A stretch of DNA of 64,000 bases. It comes from an uncultured Candidatus Saccharibacteria bacterium (GTDB lineage Bacteria > Patescibacteriota > Minisyncoccia > Phycocordibacterales > UBA918). The notes beneath the pieces were generated by a model. The model saw only the letters and a list, made by a program, of their open reading frames with translations. It made no database searches and had not been told where the DNA came from. This document shows positions 1 through 10,894 of the stretch, piece after piece (within the stretch, counting starts at the first letter, position 1; the number at the start of each line of letters is the position of its first letter). Both the position numbers and the translations under genes were made by a program. The stretch is taken from positions 1,125 through 65,124 of the forward strand of contig CAYGTV010000002.1 of the NCBI GenBank assembly GCA_964353135.1, read 5' to 3'.

Positions 1-137
1 GATTAAATACGCCGATAAAGTCTTGATAAGAAGCTAGCGAAGCGGACACGTCGATAAACAACCGATTTACCCAACCACCTTTTTCATGGTCGTAGAAGCC
101 TTGCGTGATACTGTCTCCAAACACTAATATATGCATA

Positions 138-716
138 TTATTCCAAGATTATCTCAACCAACTCTTGTAATGTCTCCTTTCCGAGGTGGTCTGGGATAAA
201 GTGACCAAACCCGCTAAACATCCGCACGTCTGTATTTGGAAGTGCGTCAGTAATCAATTTACGGGACATTTCTGCTTTGTCAGAATCATTGTCGCTGGTC
301 ATCACGACCAGCTGTGTGCGGTCAGTGATAGTCGGGTCAATATCAAACTCACAAAAACCAGTTTCGTTACTACGTAGTGGATCAAGTGACGGAGCAACCA
401 AAATCACTCGCGCTGGCGTTGCGTTTTGGTTCTCACTCAACCACCGCACCAAAAATCCCCCACCCATACTATGTCCAACTAACATCGTCTCGGGAGTGAC
501 ATCAAACCGTTCAAATTCTCGCTTCCAGCTTTCATACTCTGGTGCATACGCATGGGGCATTTCTGGCACATTGGGCATGATGTCTCGGGTCAGCAACTGG
601 TTCTGTAGCCACGGAATCCAACCAAAATTACTAGATGTATACCCATCCCGATCATAGTAGTTTTCTTTTGATGGCTTCCCGTGAATAATGATGACGTTTT
701 TCATATTAATCTTCAA
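138..716 (-). CDS. RBBP9/YdeN-family alpha/beta hydrolase
   Basis: IIHG N-terminal motif, GHSMG nucleophile elbow, SDND and GHF catalytic Asp/His motifs. Confidence 0.85.
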   Translation of the reverse strand: MKINMKNVIIIHGKPSKENYYDRDGYTSSNFGWIPWLQNQLLTRDIMPNVPEMPHAYAPEYESWKREFERFDVTPETMLVGHSMGGGFLVRWLSENQNATPARVILVAPSLDPLRSNETGFCEFDIDPTITDRTQLVVMTSDNDSDKAEMSRKLITDALPNTDVRMFSGFGHFIPDHLGKETLQELVEIILE

Positions 717-1251
717 TTAGCTTAACCAACAATGGAAACTCTTCACAGACATCTTCGTATTCATCAGTACCAAAGTGCATACCTCCAGAAACGATCACCT
801 GGGTTCCACCGAGAATATCCATCATCAATCTCCCCTGCTTGTCGTCACAGTTATATGGGTCATTATCAGAATTTACAAAAATAAATTCCTGACAATTATT
901 TTTAATAGTGTCCCAGTCATATGAATCTTGAAGCATTGGATCAACTCCAAAACCAATATCTTCTATAAAACCAGCAACCAGCACGGCTTTTTTAATTTGA
1001 ACTGGTGACTCTTCGATCAAACTAATGATGAGTGGACACCCAGACGAGTGACCAACTAAAATAGTGTCAGGAGTAAGTTCAACCTGCTCATTTACGTAAT
1101 CCAACCACCGCTCCAGGTCAAGATCCTCTGGATCAGGAATATCTGGAGAAATCACGTCCCAACCTTTTTTTCTAAACTTCTCTGCCACATAGGGTAGCCA
1201 ATTGTCCAGACTAGAAGCATGGTCACCGTGTATGAGAACTAACTGACTCAT
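706..1251 (-). CDS. RBBP9/YdeN-family alpha/beta hydrolase (tandem paralog)
   Basis: LIHG, GHSSG, SDNDP and MHF motifs; start moved to MSQLV (1251) to avoid overlap with metG. Confidence 0.85.
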   Translation of the reverse strand: MSQLVLIHGDHASSLDNWLPYVAEKFRKKGWDVISPDIPDPEDLDLERWLDYVNEQVELTPDTILVGHSSGCPLIISLIEESPVQIKKAVLVAGFIEDIGFGVDPMLQDSYDWDTIKNNCQEFIFVNSDNDPYNCDDKQGRLMMDILGGTQVIVSGGMHFGTDEYEDVCEEFPLLVKLIED

Positions 1252-1252
1252 A

Positions 1253-2689
1253 TTAACTCTCCAAACGATTAAACAAGTTCTCTGGTTTCTGGTTGGCTTT
1301 GACTGCTTCGCGGATGATGACACTGGTTTCTGGCATAGCTGGTAGCAGCAGTCGTCCAATATGAATGAGACGCTCACGTAGGTTCACCAAGATGTTTTTA
1401 GCAGCTAGCTCGTCTGTCTTGATCAACTTAAACGGTTCAGTAGCAGCGATTATTTCGTCGAGTTCTTGGATCTGGGTCCAGACATGATCCATCGCGTGCT
1501 GGAAATCAAGCAAGTATGGAGCGTCAATGGTGCTAGCATCCATTGGTTCAAAGGTAGCAGGCTCGAGGTGCTGCTCACACATTTTCATAATCCGCGCCGT
1601 CAGGTTCCCTAGCCCATTTACCAAGTTCGCCGTGTAGTACTCGTCCATTTTCTCCCAGGTCAGGTCAGAATCATCTACCGGGTGCACGTGACGCAGGAGG
1701 ATGTATCGCGCCGCATCTGTTCCGTACCGATCAACCATTTCTTGTGGAGCAATTACATTCCCTAGACTCTTACTCATTTTTTGCCCGCCACTGTTGATGA
1801 AGCCGTGATAAAACACCTGATCAGTTGCTTTAACCCCCGCACTTTTTAGCATCGCTTGCCACATGATGGACTGGAAGCGTACCTGGTCTTTACCTGCCAG
1901 CTGTAGCGTGTGTCCACCTTCCCAGTATGTAGCAAAATTACCTTGAGTGTCGGCAGGCCAACCCAGGGTACTTATGTAGTTAGTTAATGCGTCAAACCAC
2001 ACGTACATCACGTGGTCGTCGTCCCCAGGCACAGGAATCCCCCAGTCCATACGATCTTTTTGACGTGAGATTGAGAAGTCTTCGAGGCCTCCTTTCACAA
2101 AATTCAAGGCTTCCTGGCGGCGCCATTCTGGCACGATCACCCCCTCTTTTGACAGGTACTCTTCCAGGTATTGTTGGTAGTTAGATAGTTTAAAGAAATA
2201 GTTTTCTTCTTCTACCTCTTGCAGTTCCATGTTGGGATGGTTTGGGCATTTTCCATCAACCAGCTCTGATTCTTTCATAAACATCTCGTCCCCCACGCAA
2301 TACAGGCCTTTGTAGGTTTTTTTGTAGATGTCACCAGCAGCTTCGCAGCGTTTCCAGATTTCTTGGGCAGCTGCTTTGTGTTGTTCGTCCGTAGTTCGGA
2401 CAAAGTTGTCGTACGATAAGTTGAGAGACTTTTTTAGAGTTTCAAAACTAGCTGCGTAGCGATCAACGTATGCTTGACGATCAACTCCTTCACTATCAGC
2501 CTTTTCAGCGATTTTTTGACCATGTTCGTCTGTTCCAGTGTTATAAAACACATCCTCACCGATCAGGCGCCAATACCGAGCCAAGGTATCTGATTGCACC
2601 ATTTCAAGCGCAAATCCAATGTGCGGATCGGCGTTAACATACGGCAAGGTGGTAGTGATGTATTTAGGGGTTTTCTCTGACATAGTCAA
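1253..2689 (-). CDS. metG: methionyl-tRNA synthetase
   Basis: YITTTLPYVNADPHIGF (HIGH), GTDEHGQK, YVWFDAL, KMSKS. Confidence 0.97.
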   Translation of the reverse strand: MTMSEKTPKYITTTLPYVNADPHIGFALEMVQSDTLARYWRLIGEDVFYNTGTDEHGQKIAEKADSEGVDRQAYVDRYAASFETLKKSLNLSYDNFVRTTDEQHKAAAQEIWKRCEAAGDIYKKTYKGLYCVGDEMFMKESELVDGKCPNHPNMELQEVEEENYFFKLSNYQQYLEEYLSKEGVIVPEWRRQEALNFVKGGLEDFSISRQKDRMDWGIPVPGDDDHVMYVWFDALTNYISTLGWPADTQGNFATYWEGGHTLQLAGKDQVRFQSIMWQAMLKSAGVKATDQVFYHGFINSGGQKMSKSLGNVIAPQEMVDRYGTDAARYILLRHVHPVDDSDLTWEKMDEYYTANLVNGLGNLTARIMKMCEQHLEPATFEPMDASTIDAPYLLDFQHAMDHVWTQIQELDEIIAATEPFKLIKTDELAAKNILVNLRERLIHIGRLLLPAMPETSVIIREAVKANQKPENLFNRLES

Positions 2690-2755
2690 ATAAATGTACC
2701 ACTACCGTGTAAATAAAAAAAGCGACCGACCCCAGGGAAGGATCGGTCTACTAAA

Positions 2756-3037
2756 TTAGCCCAACTCAAAGTCGTCTGGGTTGAAGTCTGCGGCTTTAAG
2801 TGCGGATCGTGATTGCTCCTCTGTCCAGCCAGCTACATTCTTGAGTTGCGTAAGAACACCTTTGATATAGGTATGGGCACAATCGCCATCACCCATAGCA
2901 CAACCTGAATCCTTCAGATCAGCAAGGCTTTTTCGAAGAGCATGCCCATCCAAAGTCCCTTCTCTTGCCAAATGGACATGAAATCCTTTGCCTTCTAACC
3001 ATTTGTCTACCGCCTGGAAAAATACAGAACCTGCCAT
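2756..3037 (-). CDS. hypothetical protein
   Basis: 93-aa ORF with GAGGAGG SD upstream and a downstream hairpin/T-run at ~2715-2750. Confidence 0.6.
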   Translation of the reverse strand: MAGSVFFQAVDKWLEGKGFHVHLAREGTLDGHALRKSLADLKDSGCAMGDGDCAHTYIKGVLTQLKNVAGWTEEQSRSALKAADFNPDDFELG

Positions 3038-3083
3038 TTGGATACCTCCTCAAGGTTTATTTTGGCCCAAACCGAGAATACCC

Positions 3084-4460
3084 TTATTTCAAAAATTCGA
3101 CAAGTTCGGCAATCGCCACACGTTGTTGTTCCCCGGTATCACGGTCACGGACTGTCACGGTGTCAGCTAGGTCGGGAGCTTCTTGACCGAGTGTTTCAAA
3201 GTCGATTACAACACAATTCGGCGTACCGATTTCATCCTGACGACGGTATCGTTTCCCTACGTTACCGTTATCATCCCAGGCGACATTTCCAAATTCCTTT
3301 TTCAGCAGCGAAAATACTTCGCGGGCTTTGGCGACTAGCTGGGGTTTATTTTTAAGCAGCGGAGAGACCGCCACGCGGTATGGGGCAAGATGTGCGGGCA
3401 GCTTTAGGAATACCCGGGTATCGTCTCCCATTTGGTCTTCGGTATACGCTTCGCAGAGAACGGCAGTCATTGCGCGGCCAATTCCAAATGATGGTTCTAG
3501 TACGTGTGGGATAAACGGTGCTCCTTCGACCGGTGTGTAGCGTAGCTTAACCCCACTTGCTTCCTCGTGACTTTTCAGGTCATGATCAGTTCGGTACGCA
3601 AACCCAGCTAGCTCGTCAAAGCCTTTCCCTGGATAGTTGTATTCAAAATCGATTGTTCGTTTGCTGTAGTGTGCGAGGTCGTTTTCTGGAACTTCGAATT
3701 CTCGAATGTTTTCATCCGATAGACCAATGTGTGCATGCCACGCTCGGATGTCTACGAGCATTTTTTCATATTCTGTTTTCCAATCTTCTTCTTTAACAAA
3801 ATATTCAATCTCCATTTGTTCAAACTCACGCACGCGGAACAACCACTCTCGTGGAGCAATTTCGTTTCGAAATGCCTTTCCAATCTGAGCGATACCAAAC
3901 GGCAGTTTTGGTGACATTGTATCAACCACGTTTTTAAAGTTCACAAAGATTCCTTGGGCCGTCTCCGGCCTCAGGTAGGACTTGTACTTTCCTTCGGCTC
4001 CAACCATAGTTTCAAACATCAGGTTGAAATCTTTGATATCGGACAGCTCATTGCCAGCTGGGCTTTTTATAGCATTTTCTTTGATCAACACGTCCATCTC
4101 TTGTGCAGTTAGACCCTCTGCTTCAATACCGTGGTCTTTGAGAAGATGGTCTGCGCGAAACCGTTCTCCGGTTTTTATGTCTTCAATCAAAGGGTCAGAA
4201 AAGCCCGCTCCTGTGTGACCACTAGCTTCCCACACTCGTTCATTCATTAAAATCGCTGCATCGAGTCCGTACATATCTTCGCGTCCATCAACAAACATTT
4301 TCCACCATTCTGATTTAAGGCGGTTGTTGAGAGCTACACCTAGTGGACCTAAGTCCCAAGTTCCTTTTAGCCCTCCATAAATATCACTCCCTGGAAATAC
4401 GAAACCGCGCCGCTTAGCGAGCGCTACTACTTTTTCCATCGTGTCAGAATTCTGTGTCAT
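3084..4460 (-). CDS. glyQS: glycyl-tRNA synthetase, alpha2 (homodimeric) type
   Basis: AKRRGFVFP..IYGG, YLRPETAQGIF, FRNEI.PR, REFEQMEIE, GKRYRRQDEIGTP anticodon-binding domain. Confidence 0.97.
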   Translation of the reverse strand: MTQNSDTMEKVVALAKRRGFVFPGSDIYGGLKGTWDLGPLGVALNNRLKSEWWKMFVDGREDMYGLDAAILMNERVWEASGHTGAGFSDPLIEDIKTGERFRADHLLKDHGIEAEGLTAQEMDVLIKENAIKSPAGNELSDIKDFNLMFETMVGAEGKYKSYLRPETAQGIFVNFKNVVDTMSPKLPFGIAQIGKAFRNEIAPREWLFRVREFEQMEIEYFVKEEDWKTEYEKMLVDIRAWHAHIGLSDENIREFEVPENDLAHYSKRTIDFEYNYPGKGFDELAGFAYRTDHDLKSHEEASGVKLRYTPVEGAPFIPHVLEPSFGIGRAMTAVLCEAYTEDQMGDDTRVFLKLPAHLAPYRVAVSPLLKNKPQLVAKAREVFSLLKKEFGNVAWDDNGNVGKRYRRQDEIGTPNCVVIDFETLGQEAPDLADTVTVRDRDTGEQQRVAIAELVEFLK

Positions 4461-4472
4461 AAATGTGTTGGA

Positions 4473-6371
4473 TTAAGGAATGACTCGGCCGTTACCTTCT
4501 TCAAACCCTGCCTCAGTCGAAAGTTCAGTGTACACCGGGTCTGCTACCGCTTGCAAGCGGGTGCCGGTAAATCGATCTGTTGCCCGCATAGTTTGTCGCT
4601 GGATTAAGACCGGAGTACTTCCAACCTGCGATGAACTAGGAGTAACACTCACCTGGAACGATACCTCTTTGCGTGTCCCAGATGGGATATTCCCAGCATT
4701 CCACTGTAGTTGCTGTGAGACGGTGTTGTATGTCAGCTCTCCTTCGCCCTGAATGCTATCACGCCAATTAACGTAAATTGGTAATTTTGTTTCTATAGCT
4801 GCGTCCGTCAGATCATTTACACCAGCTTCGGCCACCAGTGTAACAACGTAGCTGGTAGTTTGACCCACTTGCGGTGGGATTGTGCCCAACTGTGTAAACA
4901 AGGTGCCTCTGCTAGCCTGGCTACCCAGGAAAATAGTTGAGTCATATTTTGCCTCTATGAGCGTAGTACCAACCAGCTGTTCAGCCGCGCCTGGCTCTGC
5001 TACTCGACGAGCATATACGTTGATTGCCACATCATACGAGGCTGTCGGCTGAATACCTGATGGTGACACAGTAAAGTTTAATCGGCGGCTTTCACCTGGA
5101 CCAACGGAGGCAAATGAATTGTTGTTTGCTACCTGCCACCTGATTGTCCCTGAGTTTGAATCAAAGAACCCATTTGTCCCCTGGATTGACTGCTCGTTTA
5201 GTACATTGCCTCCTGGCACGACTTCTACCATCAAATCATAGATCGTATTATTTAACGTATTTGTGATTTCAAGCTCAACCCGAGAATTTTTTCCTTCTTC
5301 TAGAATCGCACTGGTTGTCTCTTCCCCATCGATTTTTGTGGTAATTCCAATAAACGGGCTTTCGATCTTGAAATCAGCATCCGCTTCGGCCAAGAGAGAG
5401 CCAACAATAAACGGATCGTTTGTTTGGGCTGGCCCAAGATCAAAGTTAATTCGCAATGATTCATCTGAAAAGCCAGTCACTACACCTCGCAATCGAATTT
5501 TCACTTGCTCTTCTGGCAAGAGCTCATCGATACTCCACACAGTATTTCCAAACACCGGAGCAGGCTCGGCCGATTCAAAACGGAAACTATTTGGATACGA
5601 GGCACTAATCAGTAGGTCGCGCTGCGGAGCGGATGCATTTGAAACAACTGTCAGTTCAATGTCCACTATTTGCCCAGAGGAAACTTTATCCACGCTATTG
5701 ACCCGCAATACAATCGGTGAAGAACTGATACTGAATCCGTACGGAGTGGCTTCTTTGTAAAATACACTATTTGACCCAGCTACCCGGTACTCGATCGTGG
5801 CGGTAATCTGTTGCTCGGCTTGTTCCTCCCCAAAAACAACCACTTGCAGCGGTATATTTTCAACCGAACCAGGGGTGATCTCTGCAACTGGAATGCGCTC
5901 CTCAAAAATCGTCCGGGGAATTTCACCAACCGAGCGAGTTCCTTGGGGATACTTTAGAATAAGAGTCGCTGACTCCATCGGGACGGTATTTTGGTTACTT
6001 ATCTCAACAGCAAAATTCAACACTTCACCACCACCCACGTTTAATGGCCCGTCGATAGACAGGGCTATGTTGTCACTCGAAATTTCATTGCCACCCAGGT
6101 ACAAATACAGCGTCGACAGTCCGGCACCAAATACAAAAATCAGTAGACTAATTGCGAGAATATATAGACGATATCGCCGTTTTGGTTTCTCGATTTTTTC
6201 CTGTGGAATTTCTGGTTCAGGGGTATAGATTTCCCAGTTACGAGCAACATCAACCGGTGTATCGGTCAATCCATGGCGCTCAACTGACTGCTGGGCACTC
6301 GAACGGTCGTACAGTTTTTGCCGCATCTCATCTAACTTTTCTTGGTCGTACAGATCCTCCTTCATAATCAC
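4473..6371 (-). CDS. membrane-anchored protein with Ig-like/DUF11-type repeats
   Basis: Single N-terminal TM helix followed by beta-rich repeats; common CPR architecture. Confidence 0.65.
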   Translation of the reverse strand: MIMKEDLYDQEKLDEMRQKLYDRSSAQQSVERHGLTDTPVDVARNWEIYTPEPEIPQEKIEKPKRRYRLYILAISLLIFVFGAGLSTLYLYLGGNEISSDNIALSIDGPLNVGGGEVLNFAVEISNQNTVPMESATLILKYPQGTRSVGEIPRTIFEERIPVAEITPGSVENIPLQVVVFGEEQAEQQITATIEYRVAGSNSVFYKEATPYGFSISSSPIVLRVNSVDKVSSGQIVDIELTVVSNASAPQRDLLISASYPNSFRFESAEPAPVFGNTVWSIDELLPEEQVKIRLRGVVTGFSDESLRINFDLGPAQTNDPFIVGSLLAEADADFKIESPFIGITTKIDGEETTSAILEEGKNSRVELEITNTLNNTIYDLMVEVVPGGNVLNEQSIQGTNGFFDSNSGTIRWQVANNNSFASVGPGESRRLNFTVSPSGIQPTASYDVAINVYARRVAEPGAAEQLVGTTLIEAKYDSTIFLGSQASRGTLFTQLGTIPPQVGQTTSYVVTLVAEAGVNDLTDAAIETKLPIYVNWRDSIQGEGELTYNTVSQQLQWNAGNIPSGTRKEVSFQVSVTPSSSQVGSTPVLIQRQTMRATDRFTGTRLQAVADPVYTELSTEAGFEEGNGRVIP

Positions 6372-6398
6372 TAGTATAACACCAGTTTTTTAACAAGG

Positions 6399-6977
6399 TT
6401 ACAATTGACTAGCATTTTGTGCTCGCTCGATACTAAGAGCAACTGTTTTATCGGCACTACACACCTGCGCTGGGTCAATATCAGCCAGCAAAATACCCTT
6501 GAACTGCGGTGGCACATCACTTGTCCTGATATATCCAAGCTGAGCTAGGATTCGCTGAATACACACATGTTCATAACACGTACGCTCAAGACAATCGGCC
6601 GAAAAGAATTCCAGGGCTGCTACATATTCATCAAATAACGCCTCGTGGGTTTCCTCTCCGGCAAGAAACCTTCGTAGCAGCCGTACTAACTTGACCACAC
6701 TCCCACGCGCGGCCTGATCGGTAGCTGCGCTGTAGTAGTTTTTTATCTCAGTGACACTACCGATCTTCCATCCACCTTTTCCTCGCACCAGCGATACTTT
6801 GATATGAGCAAAGTCCGACAGCGCCTGGCGTTGCTTGGAATTTTCTTTTCGCACACTGCGGGCATCAGCGTACAACATCCCCAACTCACGCGTAAACAAC
6901 CGATAGCTTCTATCGGTTGTATTGCGATCGTAGGTCCCACATACAATCGCTTCGGTTGTATAGGTTACATATGACAT
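6399..6977 (-). CDS. recO: DNA repair protein RecO
   Basis: TEAIV..., LFTRELG, A.SVRK..SK N-terminal OB-fold pattern. Confidence 0.8.
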   Translation of the reverse strand: MSYVTYTTEAIVCGTYDRNTTDRSYRLFTRELGMLYADARSVRKENSKQRQALSDFAHIKVSLVRGKGGWKIGSVTEIKNYYSAATDQAARGSVVKLVRLLRRFLAGEETHEALFDEYVAALEFFSADCLERTCYEHVCIQRILAQLGYIRTSDVPPQFKGILLADIDPAQVCSADKTVALSIERAQNASQL

Positions 6978-7021
6978 ATACTCATCAGCGCTGCTTCACT
7001 TTTGTGATCAGTTTTGTCACT

Positions 7022-10000
7022 TTACCCAATAGAAAATTTAAATGACATACTGTCTGCAGCTACCTCTTCTCCATCAGTGTCGGCAAACTGTAGACTTGTT
7101 GCGCCGACAGTTTTTTGTAGTAACTCTTGGTTAGCTTCGATAGCTGCTTTCCCTGCTTCGCTAGTCTGCACGGTTAAGATAATTTCGTCCTGTGGTTCTA
7201 GTCCGTCAGTTTTTCGCTTAGCTTGGACCGCTCGCATCAGCTCTCGCACTGCCCCTTCGGCGATTAGTTCCGGTGTTAGTTCCGTATCAATCCCAACGGT
7301 ATCAGCCACCCCATAGTCCTTGGCGTTGAGTTCATCGAGCACTACTTGTAGAAGACCTTCTGGCAGTTCAGGGCCAAACACTGCAGCAATTGGCTGCCGG
7401 ACTTTGATACCTGATTTGGTGCGTGCTTCCAGCGCCATCGTGACGATGTTTCGCGTCTCGACCATTTTCTCCAGCAAGTCTTCGTTTACCATTCCTTCGG
7501 TTGGCCAGGCGGCTAGGTGAACGCTTTCGGCGTCATCTTCTTCTCTGATTGCTCGCCAGAGATAATCAGCGTAAAACGGCATCGATGGGGCGATAGTTAG
7601 TGATAGTGTTCGAAGTACGTGTCGCAAGGTAGCCAGGGCGAGTGTTCGGTCGACGGCGTCTTCCCCTTTGAATCGATCTCGCGAACGACGCAGGTACCAG
7701 ACTGACAGATCGTCAATAAAGTCATTGATTGGTCGGGTAGCTTTATCCAGTTCGTACGATTTGTAGCCAGCAGTTGATTCATTCACCAACTGTTGCAACC
7801 GCGCCACGATCCATTGATCGAGCACATTTGATGAGTCACCGCGTGCTTCGGTTCCGTCAGCAAACATTTCATACATCGCCAGCACGTTGTGTAGTCGGCC
7901 GATGTTTTTTCGCTGCAGTTCCAGCACTTCTTTCTCTGAGAAGTTAAGGTCTTCCCCCCGCATGATTGGTGACGAGAGTAGGTAGAGTCGCATTGCGTCG
8001 ACTCCAGTGCGATCTGCCAGATCCATCGGGTCTGGGTAATTCTGCAATTTTTTAGACATTTTCTTGCCGTCCTCGGCCAGCACGAGACCGTTTACAATTA
8101 CGTTTTCATACGGTGATTTTCCAAACAAAGCAGTACCTAGTACGATCAATGAATAGAACCAACCTCGAGTTTGGTCGAGACCTTCAGCAATAAATTGAGC
8201 CGGCAAACCAACCCCATTTTCTGGTTCAAAGTCTGACTGAGCTTCACCCATAAAGTGTCGCTGACCGTATGGCATTGACCCACTTTCAAACCAACAGTCA
8301 AAGACGTCTAGCACCCGTTCCAACCTCACGCCACCTTCTTCCAGTACAACATCATCGATATACGGCCGATGAAAATCGAGCTCGTAGTTGTCGTTGTGTG
8401 GCAGCGGCGTGAAATCGAGTTTCTCCCATTGCGCATTTTCGAAGTACCGTCCACTATCGTAGTCAGCCTTTTGCTGCTCTGCATTCCAACCAGCGGCAGC
8501 AGCACGCAGCGTTGCGATTGGGCCACCGTGACAGATGATCAGGATGTTCTTTCCTTGGTAATTAGGGTTTGATTCTAGACCATACAAGAATTCCCCCATA
8601 CGCTTCATCACGTCGCGCCGGTTTTCTGAGCCAGGTAGATCTTTGGTAAACCGTTCTTCCCAGGTGGCAAAATTAGCCGCGTAGTCATCATGCCAACGCT
8701 TGCCTTCAAATTCATCTGCCAAATCGTATTCACGAATGATTTCGTCGAACAGTAGAGACGTTTCTGATAGGCCAAGTTCTGTCCGAACCAGCTCTGCTGT
8801 TTGCCTAGTACGCATAAACGGTGAGGCGATGATCAGGTCGATGTTTTCACTTTTTAGTTCGACGGCGGCTCGTTTTACCTGCTCTTTTCCGGCTTCAGTT
8901 ATAGAATCATCGTTATCAATATTGGCACTGATTACTCCAGCCACATTACTCTCACTTTCACCATGGCGCATAACAAAATACTGATTCCCAGATTTGGGTA
9001 CGTATTGCTTCAGCTCTTCGAGCGAGCCAAGTACCTTATATTCACCGGTAGTTGGATTTTTCCAGATTGGCAATGGTGCGCCCCAGTATCGCTGTCGTGA
9101 CACTGCCCAGTCACGTGCCCCATCAAGCCACTTTCCAAAGCGGTTGGTTCCGACGTGCTCTGGCACCCACTTGACCTCGCTGTTATTTTTTACCAACTGG
9201 TCTTTGATGCTTGGTACGTCTACAAACCACGATGTTGTCGCGTAGTTCAGCAGTGGTGTGTCGCATCGCCAACAGTGCGGATAGCTGTGGGTAATGTTTT
9301 CTTTTTTGAAGATTACACCAGCCGCCTGGAGGGTTTTCAGTACTTCAATATCAGCATCCATGTGCCCTACCCCTGACTCGTCGTCGTCCTTTGGTTTAAC
9401 CAGCTGCCCAGCAAAGTCAGACACCCAGTCTTTAAAGTGTCCGGTATTGTCGACGTGGTGCACGATTGGCACGCCGTGAGCCTGAGCTAGTTTCATGTCG
9501 TCGTCACCGTAGGCTGGTGCGATGTGAACTGCACCTGTCCCATCCTCACCAATCTCGACGTAGTCCGCGTGACGGATCACCCAGGCATTTTCACGCCCTT
9601 CCATATCTTGCTCCCCCATCCATGGGAATGGCGGTTGGTATCGACGCCCGACCAGGTCTGCACCCTTCATTTCTTCCACCACCTCGAATTGAGTCCCGTC
9701 TAACTGTGCCAAACGACCCTTTGCCACAATCACAAATTCAGTTTTTTCTTCTGTTGTAACTTTGGCTTTTACATACGTAAATTCTTCGTTCACGGCTGCC
9801 GCTAGGTTTCCAGGCAGCGTCCACGGCGTAGTAGTCCAAACCAGCAGACTAGTGTCAGTAACAGCACCAGCGTCATCGAGCAACGGCAATTTAACCGTCA
9901 CCGCGATATCTTTGATATCTTTGTAGCCCTGGTTCACCTCAAAGTTAGACAGCGTGGTTCCACAACGCGGGCACAAGTGCATGGTTTTAAAACCTTCAAA

Positions 10001-10564
10001 CACAAGTCCTTTCTCGTGTAGCTGTTTGAACACCCACCAGACACTTTCGGTGTAGGTGCTATCCATCGTTTTATAGTCATCGTCCATGTCCGCCCAGCGC
10101 CCCATGCGCGGAATGATCTGCTTCCAATCATCCGCATACTCCATCACCGCATCACGCGCGGCTTCGTTAAAATTCTTGACCCCGTACTCTTCGATGTCGC
10201 GCTTAGTCGCAAGGCCGAGTTTCTTTTCAATCAAGTTCTCGAGCGGCAGACCATGGCAGTCCCAACCCCACTTGCGGCGTACCCGGTATCCGTTCATGGT
10301 CCAGAACCGCGGAATTGCGTCCTTGATTGTTCCTGCCAAAATGTGTCCATAGTGCGGCAGACCGGTTGCAAACGGCGGACCGTCGTAAAATACAAAATCT
10401 CCTTTAGGAGAGTCACCGGCTGGTGACACTACTGATTTATTAAAAATATCCTGTTCTTCCCAGAAAGCTTGGATCTGTTCTTCGCGCAGGGCGACTTCAC
10501 TTTTTTCAACTGCCTCAACAGTTTTTACTGAGTCGTTTTCACGACCATGTACCTTTTTATTCAT
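7022..10564 (-). CDS. ileS: isoleucyl-tRNA synthetase with inserted histidine-phosphatase domain
   Basis: FYDGPPFATGLPHYGH, GWDCHGLP, WTTTPWTLP, WAVSRQRYWG, KMSKK; internal MRHGES/ASPFMRTRQTA/ICHGG insert. Confidence 0.97.
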   Translation of the reverse strand: MNKKVHGRENDSVKTVEAVEKSEVALREEQIQAFWEEQDIFNKSVVSPAGDSPKGDFVFYDGPPFATGLPHYGHILAGTIKDAIPRFWTMNGYRVRRKWGWDCHGLPLENLIEKKLGLATKRDIEEYGVKNFNEAARDAVMEYADDWKQIIPRMGRWADMDDDYKTMDSTYTESVWWVFKQLHEKGLVFEGFKTMHLCPRCGTTLSNFEVNQGYKDIKDIAVTVKLPLLDDAGAVTDTSLLVWTTTPWTLPGNLAAAVNEEFTYVKAKVTTEEKTEFVIVAKGRLAQLDGTQFEVVEEMKGADLVGRRYQPPFPWMGEQDMEGRENAWVIRHADYVEIGEDGTGAVHIAPAYGDDDMKLAQAHGVPIVHHVDNTGHFKDWVSDFAGQLVKPKDDDESGVGHMDADIEVLKTLQAAGVIFKKENITHSYPHCWRCDTPLLNYATTSWFVDVPSIKDQLVKNNSEVKWVPEHVGTNRFGKWLDGARDWAVSRQRYWGAPLPIWKNPTTGEYKVLGSLEELKQYVPKSGNQYFVMRHGESESNVAGVISANIDNDDSITEAGKEQVKRAAVELKSENIDLIIASPFMRTRQTAELVRTELGLSETSLLFDEIIREYDLADEFEGKRWHDDYAANFATWEERFTKDLPGSENRRDVMKRMGEFLYGLESNPNYQGKNILIICHGGPIATLRAAAAGWNAEQQKADYDSGRYFENAQWEKLDFTPLPHNDNYELDFHRPYIDDVVLEEGGVRLERVLDVFDCWFESGSMPYGQRHFMGEAQSDFEPENGVGLPAQFIAEGLDQTRGWFYSLIVLGTALFGKSPYENVIVNGLVLAEDGKKMSKKLQNYPDPMDLADRTGVDAMRLYLLSSPIMRGEDLNFSEKEVLELQRKNIGRLHNVLAMYEMFADGTEARGDSSNVLDQWIVARLQQLVNESTAGYKSYELDKATRPINDFIDDLSVWYLRRSRDRFKGEDAVDRTLALATLRHVLRTLSLTIAPSMPFYADYLWRAIREEDDAESVHLAAWPTEGMVNEDLLEKMVETRNIVTMALEARTKSGIKVRQPIAAVFGPELPEGLLQVVLDELNAKDYGVADTVGIDTELTPELIAEGAVRELMRAVQAKRKTDGLEPQDEIILTVQTSEAGKAAIEANQELLQKTVGATSLQFADTDGEEVAADSMSFKFSIG

Positions 10565-10677
10565 ATGAAATTAGATTATGTATATCAGACATTTATGAAG
10601 CGGCTTGTTAAACCACCTCTCACGTGATGTATCAGATCACAATTTCAGTGTAGCAAACCCACAAAAAATGGCAAAAG

Positions 10678-10706
10678 GAAAAGGCGCACCGCTGGTGCGC
10701 CTTTTT
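10678..10706. terminator. bidirectional intrinsic terminator
   Basis: aaaaggcgcacc-gct-ggtgcgcctttt inverted repeat with A/T tails. Confidence 0.75.
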
Positions 10707-10726
10707 GGTTCTTGCAAAGAGTTTGC

Positions 10727-10894
10727 TCAGCTTTTCTTTTTTGCCTGCTCAGCTTTCAAGCGTTTAAAATGAACAGCTGACGCAGTAGAGTCAGCATAGA
10801 GTTTTCGCTGCAGTTCTGTCTGACGTTCAGATAGAACCTTGGACGTCTGATCTGGCCTAGCTGGCTTAGTTTTAGTCGAAGGTTTTTGGCCCAT
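10727..10894 (-). CDS. small basic hypothetical protein (55 aa, MGQKPSTKTK...KKKS)
   Basis: Below the ORF-track cutoff; AGGGGG SD-like site upstream; terminator directly downstream. Confidence 0.5.
   Translation of the reverse strand: MGQKPSTKTKPARPDQTSKVLSERQTELQRKLYADSTASAVHFKRLKAEQAKKKS

Noticed and set aside
1-137. Start of a minus-strand GDSL/SGNH-like ORF (FGDSITQG)
   Set aside because: It is truncated by the window edge and too short to call confidently.
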